Assembly (NCBI GenBank): GCA_021324685.1
Contig: JAJPIQ010000085.1
Location: 5,713 to 69,712 of the forward strand
Direction: 5' to 3'
DNA from: Bacteroidota bacterium
Lineage (GTDB): Bacteria; Bacteroidota; Ignavibacteria; Palsa-1295
DNA length: 64,000 bases
Shown here piece after piece: positions 49,821 to 61,491 of this stretch. Position numbers and translations under genes: made by a program. The notes under the pieces were generated by a model. The model was not told the DNA's origin, did not search any database, and worked only from the letters and a program-made list of their open reading frames with translations. Every line of letters begins with the position of its first letter. Within the stretch, counting starts at the first letter, position 1.

Positions 49821-50704
49821 CAGGCCCGAGTACACCTGTCGTTGTGGAACGCACATTCCATGCACCGATCGCAGCGGTGTGGGATGCGATCACCAACAAC
49901 GATGCAATGAAACAATGGTACTTCAAACTACCCGAATTCCGGCCCGAGGTGGGGTTCGAGTTTGAATTCGAGGGCGGGCCGCCGGACAAGGAACCCTATC
50001 TCCATAAATGTAAAATCATCGAGGTGATCCCGATGAAAAAATTAGCGCACACCTGGCGTTATGAAGGATGGAAAGGCCATACGGTCGTGACGTGGGAATT
50101 GTTCGAGGATGGAGCGAACACACGGCTTCGACTTACACATTCGGGGCTCGAAAGCTTCGTGCAGAATAACAATCCCGATCTCGATGCAAAGAATTTCGAA
50201 GCCGGATGGACGGATATCATCGGACGGTCGCTGAAAGAATTTGTCGAGACGCGAAGTTCATCCATTGATCGCAGCATGGATGCAACCCGCATCCTCGATG
50301 CTCCCCGCGATCTCGTTTGGAGCGTCCTGACCGATCCCGAACATATTAAGCACTGGTGGGGACCGAACGGCTTTTCGCTGACGACGCACGAACACGAGTT
50401 GCGCAAGGGCGGCCAGTGGAACTTTACGATGCACGGTCCGGACGGCACCGATTTTCTGAACAAGATGGTCATCGAAGAACTCGTTCCAATGGACCGGATC
50501 GTCCTTACCCATGGCTCGGCTCCAAAATTCCAGATGTTCATATCGCTTTTCGATCTTCAAGACAAAACGGAACTTCACTGGCGCAATGTCTTTGAATCAG
50601 CAGAAGATTATAAGCGCGCGGTGGAAGTATTCCATGCGATCGAAGGCCTGCATCAAAACGTCGATAGACTAAAAACGTACATTTCCAACAACAATAACAT
50701 TTAG
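49817..50704 (+). CDS. Tandem SRPBCC/AHSA1 domain protein
   Basis: Two domains: APIAAVWDAIT...GW and APRDLVW...WWGPNGF...MHGPDG. Confidence 0.9.
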   Translation: MTGPSTPVVVERTFHAPIAAVWDAITNNDAMKQWYFKLPEFRPEVGFEFEFEGGPPDKEPYLHKCKIIEVIPMKKLAHTWRYEGWKGHTVVTWELFEDGANTRLRLTHSGLESFVQNNNPDLDAKNFEAGWTDIIGRSLKEFVETRSSSIDRSMDATRILDAPRDLVWSVLTDPEHIKHWWGPNGFSLTTHEHELRKGGQWNFTMHGPDGTDFLNKMVIEELVPMDRIVLTHGSAPKFQMFISLFDLQDKTELHWRNVFESAEDYKRAVEVFHAIEGLHQNVDRLKTYISNNNNI

Positions 50705-50721
50705 AATCCTAAAAAGACAAG

Positions 50722-51378
50722 ATGTCAAAAGTACGAGTTCAAGGATTTTCGTTATCGATCGATGGTTACGGAGCAGGACCGAATCAGGACCTGAAGAATC
50801 CCCTTGGGGTCGGCGGCTTCGGTCTGCACACATGGTTGGTCGAGACCCAAACATTTCATAAGATGCTTGGGAAAGAGGGCGGTGCAACAGGAATCGACGA
50901 CGACTTTGCCCGGCGCGGCTTCGAGAATATCGGAGCCGAGATCCTGGGGCGCAATATGTTCGGACCGATCCGAGGTCCGTGGCCTGACGATGAATGGAAA
51001 GGCTGGTGGGGCCACAACCCACCGTTCCATTGCGACGTGTTCGTGCTGACGCACCACGCTCGCCCGTCCATAAAGATGGAAGGCGGCACCACGTTCCATT
51101 TCGTTACCGACGGGATCCATTCCGCGCTCGAGCAAGCAAAAGCGGCAGCCAACGATAAAGATATCCGGATCGGTGGCGGCGTGGAGACCATCCGGCAATA
51201 TTTGCAGGAAGGTCTCATCGACGAGATGCATCTTGCCATTTCGCCGGTGCTTCTCGGCTCGGGCGAACATCTCTTGTCTGGGATCGACCTGGTCGCGCTC
51301 GGGTATGAGCGCATAGAGCATGTCCCCACCAGTCAGGCTACGCATGTCGTCATCAGCAAACATCCATCAGCACCTTAA
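50722..51378 (+). CDS. Dihydrofolate reductase-like (RibD C-terminal) protein
   Basis: SIDGYGAGP, ILGRNMF, IGGG, LIDEMHL, PVLLGSG. Confidence 0.92.
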   Translation: MSKVRVQGFSLSIDGYGAGPNQDLKNPLGVGGFGLHTWLVETQTFHKMLGKEGGATGIDDDFARRGFENIGAEILGRNMFGPIRGPWPDDEWKGWWGHNPPFHCDVFVLTHHARPSIKMEGGTTFHFVTDGIHSALEQAKAAANDKDIRIGGGVETIRQYLQEGLIDEMHLAISPVLLGSGEHLLSGIDLVALGYERIEHVPTSQATHVVISKHPSAP

Positions 51379-51437
51379 TTGCCGTGATCGATTCGTTCCT
51401 TAACAGCTAAGTTTCATTTTCTTAATTCTATACCCTC

Positions 51438-51902
51438 ATGTCAGAAAAAAACAAACTAACCGTTACTGCCGAAGCAGGCAAGCACGAAGCACTCATGACG
51501 CGAGAGTTCGATGCGCCGCGCGACCTCGTTTTCAAGACCATGTTCAGTGGCGAAGCCATTCCCGAATGGTGGGGCATGGGAACCGTTGTCGAAAAATTCG
51601 ATGCGAAGCCCGGCGGATCCTGGTCCGTGAAAGCTCAGGGCAATGGCTATGAGTACCGAATGCACGGCGTATTTCACGATGTGCAGTCGCCGGAAAAAGT
51701 TATTCGTACCTTCGAATACATGCCCGGCAAAGTGGCGCTCGAAACTACAACGTACGAAGACCTCGGCGGCCGCACCGCCATGCGCCTATCGACCGTCTAT
51801 CCATCCGTCGAAGACCGCGACTGGGTCGTCAAGAACGGAATGGAAAAAGGCGCGAACTGGACGTACGACCGGCTGGAGCAGTATCTTCAATCCAAAAAAT
51901 GA
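51438..51902 (+). CDS. SRPBCC/AHSA1 domain protein
   Basis: REFDAPRDLVF, WWG, GMEKG...YDRL. Confidence 0.92.
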   Translation: MSEKNKLTVTAEAGKHEALMTREFDAPRDLVFKTMFSGEAIPEWWGMGTVVEKFDAKPGGSWSVKAQGNGYEYRMHGVFHDVQSPEKVIRTFEYMPGKVALETTTYEDLGGRTAMRLSTVYPSVEDRDWVVKNGMEKGANWTYDRLEQYLQSKK

Positions 51903-52447
51903 ATTCCTACAATTCGATCGTATCGAGGCTCCGGGAACTGCTCGCGCAAAAGAATCCCGTCCTCGCTGCGATCGATGGATATGGAGGGGCTGGGAAAACG
52001 ACGCTTGCAACGCAGATCCAAGCCGAATTCCCGACTTCTCCCATTATCACGCTCGACGCGTTTGCAACCGACACGACGACCGGTGCAGATCGCATACGCT
52101 TTCGTACTCACGTCCTGGAACCGCTGGCCTCACGCCGGACCGCACGATACCAGCCCTTTAACTGGAAAAAACGAAGCCTGGACGATTGTTGGGTCGAAGT
52201 AAAAGCGGATGGCCTCGTTCTTATCGAAGGCGTGTCGGTGCTCGGCGAGGATTTCCAGCATTATTACGATCTTCGGATCTGGATGGATTGCCCGTTCGAA
52301 CGTGCCCAGGAGCGGATGAAGGAACGCGAACGCAAGGCCGGCCGCGAATTTTCGCTTTCGAATTATTTCAATGTCTGGGAAAAGGAAGACCGCGACTATG
52401 GACTTACAAAGCCATGGGAACGAGCGGATATTATAATCCCCGCTTGA
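51899..52447 (+). CDS. Uridine kinase-like P-loop protein
   Basis: AIDGYGGAGKTT, LIEGV, YDLRIWMD, PWERAD. Confidence 0.85.
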   Translation: MNSYNSIVSRLRELLAQKNPVLAAIDGYGGAGKTTLATQIQAEFPTSPIITLDAFATDTTTGADRIRFRTHVLEPLASRRTARYQPFNWKKRSLDDCWVEVKADGLVLIEGVSVLGEDFQHYYDLRIWMDCPFERAQERMKERERKAGREFSLSNYFNVWEKEDRDYGLTKPWERADIIIPA

Positions 52448-52490
52448 ATTTACATTTCCGTCTATCGACCAACGCGTTGCATGCCGATCC

Positions 52491-54131
<1,641 letters not shown>

Positions 54132-54146
54132 TCACCACGCGGTTTC

Positions 54147-54602
54147 TTACATCATTCCCTTTCGGTTTGACGTCGGTCCGATCCGATAGATGATTTTTCG
54201 GATCGTGTCGATCTGCAAATAAGGATAGACTTCCTGCAGGCGTTCGAGCGCTTCCGAGCTTTTTAATTCGTGCTGCTCCCGCATCGCCTTGAACGCTTTA
54301 CGAATAATATAGTCTCGAATTCCCTTCTCATTAATGAGGTCATTCGAGCGGAGCACGAAATACAATTCATCCGGGATCAACTCCGGAACCGGATTCTGAT
54401 CCGACACGGCATCGCTCGCCGGGTATGGGCTTACCCGCAGATCGATAAAGGTCGAAAAATCCGAAGCGGTGGTTTCCGAGTGACTGGAACGAGTAGAAGG
54501 AAGCGAAGAGAGGTGCCGTCCGCCAAAGCTTCGATTAGCTCCTCCATTGGTCGGAGGGATCGGACTGACGCTCGTGGAAGTGTGAATCGTTGTCGCTGAC
54601 AT
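54147..54602 (-). CDS. Hypothetical protein with C-terminal helix-turn-helix-like domain
   Basis: Ser/Thr-rich N-terminus then helical RDYIIRKAF...ALERLQEVYPYLQIDTIRKIIY, reminiscent of Mor-type HTH. Confidence 0.7.
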   Translation of the reverse strand: MSATTIHTSTSVSPIPPTNGGANRSFGGRHLSSLPSTRSSHSETTASDFSTFIDLRVSPYPASDAVSDQNPVPELIPDELYFVLRSNDLINEKGIRDYIIRKAFKAMREQHELKSSEALERLQEVYPYLQIDTIRKIIYRIGPTSNRKGMM

Positions 54603-54687
54603 AGTCTTTCAGAAGTTAATGTTACGCGACTCTGCAAAGAAAGAGCTTTCGAACTCGCTTTGGAATTCCTCGCGATCCGAAAAATTG

Positions 54688-54844
54688 GTGACGTGCCGCT
54701 TTGAGCTTCTTTCGCCTTAAGTTATTTCTAACTCGCAGCTGAGTTTGTGGCTGGCCGATCCGAGTCTGGAGCCAGTTACTAATCCCGTCAGAGCGGGAGC
54801 AATCGCTTCCTCTCTCTTCCGGGCCGCTCAAAGCGGCATATCAC
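54688..54844. ncRNA. Candidate multibranched structured RNA
   Basis: 19-nt closing stem (17 Watson-Crick pairs) enclosing three hairpins; intergenic. Confidence 0.55.
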
Positions 54845-55265
54845 CCGCCCCTTCCACAACGCATGATAGCACGTGGTCGGAACGTTTAGCCCTTCTGAAG
54901 CCGGAGCCTCAGACAGAGTACCGTATCAATGTTCTACTGAAAGTTATGTTTTGCTACTGATTGTAAGATTCATCGAAATGTAATCTCGATGACGTTTCCA
55001 ACATAAAGACCAACGAATTGCGAAAAGGTTACAATGGCCAGAAGGTCATTTTTTCGTGACCTGCTGGTTTGGGCACGTTGGCGGCCCTGTCACTTAGTAG
55101 CAAAAATCAGATAGGCGGTTCGAATGGGTTGACTTTAAGCATAGCAAATATACGAACGATTCGCGAACATCCCTCAAAAATGAAAAATGAACGCCTCTTT
55201 CCCCTAATCAATCTGATTTTGGCATTTCAAGTCTAATTTTGGCATTTTTGTATTATATTGCAAGC

Positions 55266-57326
55266 ATGAATATGAACCTTCGTCCTTTCCTCGTGACTTC
55301 CCTGTTATTCCTGGTCCCTGCGGTGACATGCCTGGCTCAGCCGGACACGATCCCACGAGAGCTTGAAGTAACGCCATTCTGGATGACTCAAAATCTGAGT
55401 GCTGTTTTTCGAAGTCCGGATACGGTCCTCGCATGCCAGCAGAATTCTGGCTGGCTGGCCGTCTCTTCCGACATGGGTCGAAGCTTCGATTTCCGCGATA
55501 CGGCGTCACCGTCCGGCGGTCACGTGATTTTAACGAAGTCCGGACCCCTCTGGCGGAGTTCGGCTCAAAGAACCGTTCAATGGAGCCGTGACCTGGGCGT
55601 TTCATGGACCTCCGTGAACGAACAACAGAGCGGAATTTTAGGAGCGACGAGCGATGGGCGTCGGTTTTGGTGCGGCAGTTCCGATGGAAAAAAAATAGTT
55701 ACTACCGGAGATTTTGGTTTGACATGGGATACGCTTCCTTTTTCCGCATCTGTGTTGATGTCCTGGCTGGACGTTTTGCATGGAGCGGTCCTTATTGGCG
55801 ATCAGGCGTTACTGTTAACAACGGACGGTGGATTGTCCTGGGACACGTTGGTCAATGCAGCCAGTTCTCAGAAAGGAATCCTACATGAGGCCGCGGCGAT
55901 CGCGTATGTGAAAATTGGAACGTTAGCAACAGAGAGTACCACCGGCCGCATCAATTTAAGTACGGATACCGGTCACACCTGGAAAAGCGAAGTTGGGACA
56001 CCCTATTGGAATATTATCCCTCTGCGCGACAGCATGTGGTATGCGACTGCTACATCGGGCGGAGGCATCGTGCGCTCAACCGATGGCGGTCACACGTGGA
56101 ATGATATCCATTATACTTGTCCCAACGGCCCGGGTCCCTTGGCTTTTTGGGACTCGACGCATGGCACGACACTTCAAACGGCCGAAACAACGGATGGAGG
56201 ACTGTCGTGGGACTGCCTCGATACCACGATCTACGTCAACCAACCGTTCTATCCGAGCGGGTACGATGCCTCGACCTATTATGGAGAAGCGACTCGATCG
56301 GGAGCGACCTGGCTTTGCGTTACAACCGATCGCGGCGACCATTGGTCGGAACTGTTCCCAATGGCCTCCTCCACGTTTATCCCGTCGGGCCATCGCCTCT
56401 TCTTCGGTTTCCCCGATAAGGTCACGTGGACCGATGACGTTGGACAAACGTTCTCAGAATTCGATTACGGGTATTACGGGAATAGCCTCCAGCTTCTCAA
56501 TGCCCCGGACGGAGAAATTTGGGCCGGTAATGAACTCAAACTGTTTACATCGAACGATAATGGCAACACCTGGACGGACCGCTCCTCGGCGCTTCCGTAC
56601 CGCATCGATTCGCCGCAACTCTATTATACATTCCTTCCAGTCGATGGTCGATCCGGCTTTGTAAAGGTCTCGAACGGCAATATTTTTCGCACCATGGATA
56701 CCGGATTGACGTGGCTGCGTGACTCGATCTTTCCGACCACGGTGATCGATTCAAGGCACTGGATCTCCGGTACAAAAATAACGATGAATGCCGGAGACAC
56801 ATGGATCGCTCTGCCAGCCCCGTCGAAAGGGACCGGGAATTTCCTTGCGATCGATTCTGAGCGATGGATCGACAAGGGAAACTATACGACCGATGCGGGT
56901 ACCACCTGGACTCCTATCGCCGGTTGGAATGCAGAACCGACGGTCCACTTTACAGCGATCGATTCTTTGACTGCATTTGGAGGCCTTCTCTGGAGACTCG
57001 ATATGCCATGGTACCAAAAAGAGATAAAAAACAGTGTAACTCGAGCCCCGAACGAGTCGTCGCAAATCAGTATGGTCTCGGTCAATCCGAATCCTGTCCG
57101 GCAGGAAGCAAATATTTCTTTCGATCTCTCACAAGCTGCATTCACGACCATTGAAATCTTCGATGTTCTCGGTCATTCCGTCAGCCAGGCGAATCTAAAG
57201 TCCGAGATGGCCGCTGGGCATCATATGGTTTCTCTTCCGATCGGAATGGTCGGCGCAGGGACGTACTATGTACGTTTGGGAACGGCCGATGGATCTCTTC
57301 AAACATTGAAAATAGTAAAAGAATAG
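55266..57326 (+). CDS. BNR/Asp-box repeat beta-propeller protein with T9SS C-terminal domain
   Basis: Many (S/T)xDxGxxW repeats; signal peptide; VNPNP...IFDVLG...GTYYVRL; start at ATG 55266. Confidence 0.9.
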   Translation: MNMNLRPFLVTSLLFLVPAVTCLAQPDTIPRELEVTPFWMTQNLSAVFRSPDTVLACQQNSGWLAVSSDMGRSFDFRDTASPSGGHVILTKSGPLWRSSAQRTVQWSRDLGVSWTSVNEQQSGILGATSDGRRFWCGSSDGKKIVTTGDFGLTWDTLPFSASVLMSWLDVLHGAVLIGDQALLLTTDGGLSWDTLVNAASSQKGILHEAAAIAYVKIGTLATESTTGRINLSTDTGHTWKSEVGTPYWNIIPLRDSMWYATATSGGGIVRSTDGGHTWNDIHYTCPNGPGPLAFWDSTHGTTLQTAETTDGGLSWDCLDTTIYVNQPFYPSGYDASTYYGEATRSGATWLCVTTDRGDHWSELFPMASSTFIPSGHRLFFGFPDKVTWTDDVGQTFSEFDYGYYGNSLQLLNAPDGEIWAGNELKLFTSNDNGNTWTDRSSALPYRIDSPQLYYTFLPVDGRSGFVKVSNGNIFRTMDTGLTWLRDSIFPTTVIDSRHWISGTKITMNAGDTWIALPAPSKGTGNFLAIDSERWIDKGNYTTDAGTTWTPIAGWNAEPTVHFTAIDSLTAFGGLLWRLDMPWYQKEIKNSVTRAPNESSQISMVSVNPNPVRQEANISFDLSQAAFTTIEIFDVLGHSVSQANLKSEMAAGHHMVSLPIGMVGAGTYYVRLGTADGSLQTLKIVKE

Positions 57327-57344
57327 ATAAAGAAAAGTCTAATA

Positions 57345-57385
57345 TAAAAGCCCGGCATCGATCCTAAATGATCAATGCCAGGCTT
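57345..57385. terminator. Likely bidirectional terminator
   Basis: AAGCCCGGCATCGATC / GATCAATGCCAGGCTT imperfect stem between convergent genes, with an A-tract on the left. Confidence 0.65.
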
Positions 57386-57402
57386 GCTCTTAAAGTAAAG
57401 AT

Positions 57403-59373
57403 TTAACGATTCCCGATCGTATCGTCATCTAACGGACGACGAGGACGCCGAGGCATTTCGTTGCCCTCGTATCCGCTCGTACGTGGCTGCGGATTATAAC
57501 CTCCTGGCCGCGACGGACGAACGTTGGTCGAATAAACAACTTGTCCTCGCTGTTGCCGTATACCGCCGCCCTGCTGAGGTCCTCCCGGTCCCGGGGGCTG
57601 AGGACGATACCCGCCCTGCTGAGGGCGAGGCCGTTGCTGCGGCCGTCCCTGTCCATAAGGTCGGTTCTGTGGTTGTTGACCGTAACCACCGCCCTGCTGA
57701 CCATATCCACGGCCTTGTCCCTGTCCGCCACCCCACTGGCGTCCCTGGTTCGGGCGTTGCGGGCGTCCCTGGCCTTGCTGCTGTCCATAGGATCGGCCCT
57801 GCTGTTGTTGGCCATAAGGTCTGCCTTGCTGAGGTTGCCCGTATGGTCTCGCCGGGCGTTGACCGCCATACGGCCGGCCCTGTCCCTGGCCTCCGCCATA
57901 CGGTCGGCCCTGTCCCTGACCGCCACCATATTGTCGGCCTTGTCCCTGACCTCCACCAAATGGGCGGCCTTGTCCCGGTCCGCCGCCGAATTGTCTACCG
58001 GAAGGCTGGCCATAGGGTCTTCCCGGACCTTGCTGCCGTGGGCGACCTTTGGGTTGCTGCTGCCAGCCACCGCGTTGAGGACCACGTTCGGGACGCTTTG
58101 CACCCGTGCGAGGACCTTTTCCGAACTGTTTCTTCGGTCTTTTGTCTGCGGCAACGAAGACTCGTTTGCCTTTTTCAGCGTCATACTTTTTCTGGGCGTG
58201 TTTGCGCTGCGGCTTTTGTGTTTTCCTTGGGGCGCGAGCAGGCGGAACGACTGCTTTCCATTCTTCCTCTGCAAGCTGGGATTGCGCTCGGACCGGTTCT
58301 GCAATAAACTTGAAGGTATCCAGGCCCATGATCCGGTCGGCGATCTCTTTTCCGCTCCAGAACGCCGAAGCGATCGAACTCTGACCCGCTACATAATCGC
58401 CGGCCAGATATAACGGCGCCTTAAATTCGCCTTCTTTAATCGTATCGACCGAGAACGGCGACGAAGAGAGAAATGCGGCCGGCCACCTCTGGATCTCTCC
58501 ATAAGTGATATCCGGCAGAGCTACATCGAGTACCTCTTCGAAGACTCGCTCGACGGCGATGAAGGTCTCTTTATCCGATTTGAGCACATAGTCGCGGCTG
58601 ATTTCGGCTCCCAATTGAAGCACAAATGCCATCTCATTCTTCCGAATGCCCAGCGGCCTGCGAAGGCTTTCCTGTGACAGCCAGAAGATCGGCGCCGTGA
58701 CATCGTCCGTAAAGAGTGCAGAAAAGGGTTCTGGAAAATCTATCTTCGACGTGCCGAACATCGCACCGATCATCGGCTCGTAGTTGACATCATTAAAGAG
58801 GTCGCAAATCCGCTTAATTTTTTTGTTCGAAGCGGCGTGCGGTAAGAGCAGCGCCAGCGCATATGGTGCCGGCAACGCGATAACGACCCCTTCCGAAGGC
58901 GTTGTCTCCCCTCGCTGATTGCGAAGTTGATAACCATTGCTTTCAATGACGATATCGCTGATGCGTGTATGGGTGCGAACTGGAATATCCCTGGCGAGAG
59001 CGTCGGCAAACGCCTTCATGCCGCCATCGATATAGGACCAGTTGGGTACTTCGACCTGGTGAGCGTTGCGGATAGACCGGCCATCGAAGCGGAAAACAGG
59101 CGCCGGAAACGCTACCGCATGGGCGAGCACTCCACGCTCTTCTGCAACGGCCTTGAGGAGCGTACGAGCTTCTGTTTCAAGATTATTGGCAGAAAGCGGG
59201 GTAAGATCGATGCGCTGAGCGCCGGAATCCATCGTCCGATACCCGACATTTCGTGTAGAAGCTCGGCCCCCGAGGCCTCGCGACCATTCTAAGAGTGTAA
59301 CGTCTTTTCCAGCACGATGGAGAAAATAGGCTGCGGACAGGCCGGAGAAGCCTCCGCCGATGATCGTAATCAT
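57403..59373 (-). CDS. Renalase-like FAD-dependent oxidoreductase with long G/Q/R/P/Y low-complexity tail
   Basis: IIGGGFSGL, SRGLGGRASTR, DSGAQ, GGM, LAGD; tail from about residue 380. Confidence 0.87.
   Translation of the reverse strand: MITIIGGGFSGLSAAYFLHRAGKDVTLLEWSRGLGGRASTRNVGYRTMDSGAQRIDLTPLSANNLETEARTLLKAVAEERGVLAHAVAFPAPVFRFDGRSIRNAHQVEVPNWSYIDGGMKAFADALARDIPVRTHTRISDIVIESNGYQLRNQRGETTPSEGVVIALPAPYALALLLPHAASNKKIKRICDLFNDVNYEPMIGAMFGTSKIDFPEPFSALFTDDVTAPIFWLSQESLRRPLGIRKNEMAFVLQLGAEISRDYVLKSDKETFIAVERVFEEVLDVALPDITYGEIQRWPAAFLSSSPFSVDTIKEGEFKAPLYLAGDYVAGQSSIASAFWSGKEIADRIMGLDTFKFIAEPVRAQSQLAEEEWKAVVPPARAPRKTQKPQRKHAQKKYDAEKGKRVFVAADKRPKKQFGKGPRTGAKRPERGPQRGGWQQQPKGRPRQQGPGRPYGQPSGRQFGGGPGQGRPFGGGQGQGRQYGGGQGQGRPYGGGQGQGRPYGGQRPARPYGQPQQGRPYGQQQQGRSYGQQQGQGRPQRPNQGRQWGGGQGQGRGYGQQGGGYGQQPQNRPYGQGRPQQRPRPQQGGYRPQPPGPGGPQQGGGIRQQRGQVVYSTNVRPSRPGGYNPQPRTSGYEGNEMPRRPRRPLDDDTIGNR
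57871..57990 (-). repeat. Four degenerate 30-bp coding tandem repeats
   Basis: Units begin at 57871, 57901, 57931, 57961 and encode (F/Y)GGG(Q/P)GQGR(P/Q). Confidence 0.85.
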
Positions 59374-59611
59374 GGTGTGATTTGCTTTATGTGAGCTTTT
59401 TTATCACCGGTTTCGCAAGAGAATAGGTTTAGCGCCCGGTGAAATCCGTTATTTAAGTATGAATTGCAAACTTCCGGCATTGCGGCAAAGTGGACTAAAA
59501 ATGCGCCGCATTTCCGGTGCTGCGGAGAAATTCGAACGTATTCTATTGTATGGAGCTTACCCTTCTAAAGTTCGGAGAATCTTCAAAAGGTCAGTTTTTT
59601 CGTGAAACGTA

Positions 59612-59762
59612 GTCGTGAGAGTTGCCCGCCGCCGCGCGCAAGAGGCCATCGTAGCCCGCTCTTGACATTTTTGACGATCCGGCTTTCGCTGCGAGGTTTA
59701 AGTAAGAATGAAAGCGAACCTGAAGCCCGACCGTTTTGAACTCACGGCAGTCCGGCGTGAGT
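59612..59762. ncRNA. Candidate structured RNA in divergent intergenic region
   Basis: GTCGTGAG/CTCACGGC closing stem, CAAGAG/CTCTTG hairpin, GGCTT/AAGCC and AGGTT/AACCT nested stems. Confidence 0.4.
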
Positions 59763-59869
59763 AGATTTGAAAATCCCGAATACTTAAAAGGAGTTCCACT
59801 TATTAAGTTAAATTTCTTTCCAGGAGCACCGGATTCATGGATTTGCTCTTCTGACAGGAAATTACAAGA

Positions 59870-61435
59870 ATGTTTGGTCAAAATTTTCGTTACCGCGGTG
59901 TGAGGTTCTCATCGTTTAATCGCGGCGAAAAATATTGCCTGACCGCGCTATCCATACTCACGTTTTTGCTTCGCGTTCCTTTGGCGTTACGGCCAACGGC
60001 AATGCTGACCGCCCTTCCCTATGGTGACGACGCATATTATCTATTTTCCATTGCGAGACATTTATCATCAGGCCATGGCATTTCGGTCGATGGCATTCAT
60101 CTGACAAACGGCTTTCAACCTCTCATCCTTCTATTTTATACTCCGATTTTTTGGCTGTTTGGTTCCAATGCATGGCTTGCCGTGCGGTGGACATTTGTCA
60201 TGAATGCGGCTATATCTGCATTGACGATTTGGACAGGAGCTTTTACGGTTCGAGCATTGGAACGCCAAACGCAACGAAGCACCGTGTCGGCACCGGTGAT
60301 CTTCGCTGCTTTGAGCGGTCTCGGTTATGAATTCTTCGCCCAGATGACGAATGGTCTTGAAACGGGACTTCTTACACTCCTGCTACTGATATCAATTTAT
60401 TATTACAACAAGATTGCTTTTGAAGAAAAAAACGAGAATGCTCCTCGATCAGAATATATCGCCCTTGGCGTAGTTCTGGGACTCACGGTGCTCGCACGGA
60501 TCGATGCAGCGATTCTTGTTGCGATCATCGTCTTGTCGCTTTTCCTCAGGCGCAAGATCGTTCCAGCGATCATTACCGGAAGCGTGACCTTCCTCATTAC
60601 CCTGCCGTGGTGGCTCTATAATGTCATTTACTTCGGGAATGTAATGCCCTCCAGCGGACAGGCAGAAAATAGCTGGCCCGTACCGCCAGGAATTTCTTTA
60701 CAAAGTGCCGTGAAGTCGCTCTCTGAAATAATCACATTGATATTTTATCTTCCGGGCTCTTTTGGACCTGTTATTCGAACTCTCTGGATTCTTGCCTTGC
60801 TTTCGGCAATCGTTTATGCCTTCACTCGAACACGGTTAAAGAATGTGCTGCGTACGATGCGGTTCAATGTTCTCCTGCCCTTCATCCTTTTTTCTCTTAT
60901 TCTTCTGGTCTACTATACGTTCTTTTTTGGGGCGCCGCATTTTATTTCACGGTATATGCAGCCGATGCGGATATTATGGGCGATCATAGTATCGTTCGCG
61001 GCATCCTGGCTTTGGGATCAGCGGGGGAAATTCGCTCGAGTGCTATTGACTCTGGGGGTAGTTTTGGGAATCACATTTACTATTTATCAATATGCCTTTC
61101 TGTATTTTCCGTCGATCGGGACCTGTGAGCTGTATCATGCTGGCCTCTGGGCAAAAGACCATCCAAGGGAGAAAATAGCGATGCTGCAATCCGGAATTGC
61201 GAGCTTTATTGCGCCGAACATTAGCAATCTTGACGGGAAGGTTAATTCGGATGCCCTCAAAGCACATCTCGATGGGCACCTTGGCGAATATCTTCAACAA
61301 GAGAAGTTCTCCTATATTGCCGATTCGAAATCGTTTATTTCCGACATTAACAGGCTGGCCCAAAAAGATCATGTTTACTTCGATTCCTGCATGATGATCG
61401 GCTCTATTGAAGTCATGAAACGTCGAGATGATTGA
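59870..61435 (+). CDS. GT-C fold membrane glycosyltransferase (ArnT/PMT-like)
   Basis: DDAYYLF loop after TM1, TNGFQPL, GLET, LARID; many TM helices. Confidence 0.8.
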   Translation: MFGQNFRYRGVRFSSFNRGEKYCLTALSILTFLLRVPLALRPTAMLTALPYGDDAYYLFSIARHLSSGHGISVDGIHLTNGFQPLILLFYTPIFWLFGSNAWLAVRWTFVMNAAISALTIWTGAFTVRALERQTQRSTVSAPVIFAALSGLGYEFFAQMTNGLETGLLTLLLLISIYYYNKIAFEEKNENAPRSEYIALGVVLGLTVLARIDAAILVAIIVLSLFLRRKIVPAIITGSVTFLITLPWWLYNVIYFGNVMPSSGQAENSWPVPPGISLQSAVKSLSEIITLIFYLPGSFGPVIRTLWILALLSAIVYAFTRTRLKNVLRTMRFNVLLPFILFSLILLVYYTFFFGAPHFISRYMQPMRILWAIIVSFAASWLWDQRGKFARVLLTLGVVLGITFTIYQYAFLYFPSIGTCELYHAGLWAKDHPREKIAMLQSGIASFIAPNISNLDGKVNSDALKAHLDGHLGEYLQQEKFSYIADSKSFISDINRLAQKDHVYFDSCMMIGSIEVMKRRDD

Positions 61436-61491
61436 TACAATACTTACAGAAAGAGGATTTTTTTGAGTGGCCGTAATCGTTTCGCGTTTTC

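Noticed and set aside
57871-57990. 30-bp periodic repeats as a CRISPR array
   Set aside because: No spacers; in-frame degenerate coding repeats; no cas genes
57429-58413. Long alternative-frame ORFs (274-291 aa) over the flavoprotein tail
   Set aside because: Expected by-products of a GC-rich low-complexity repeat
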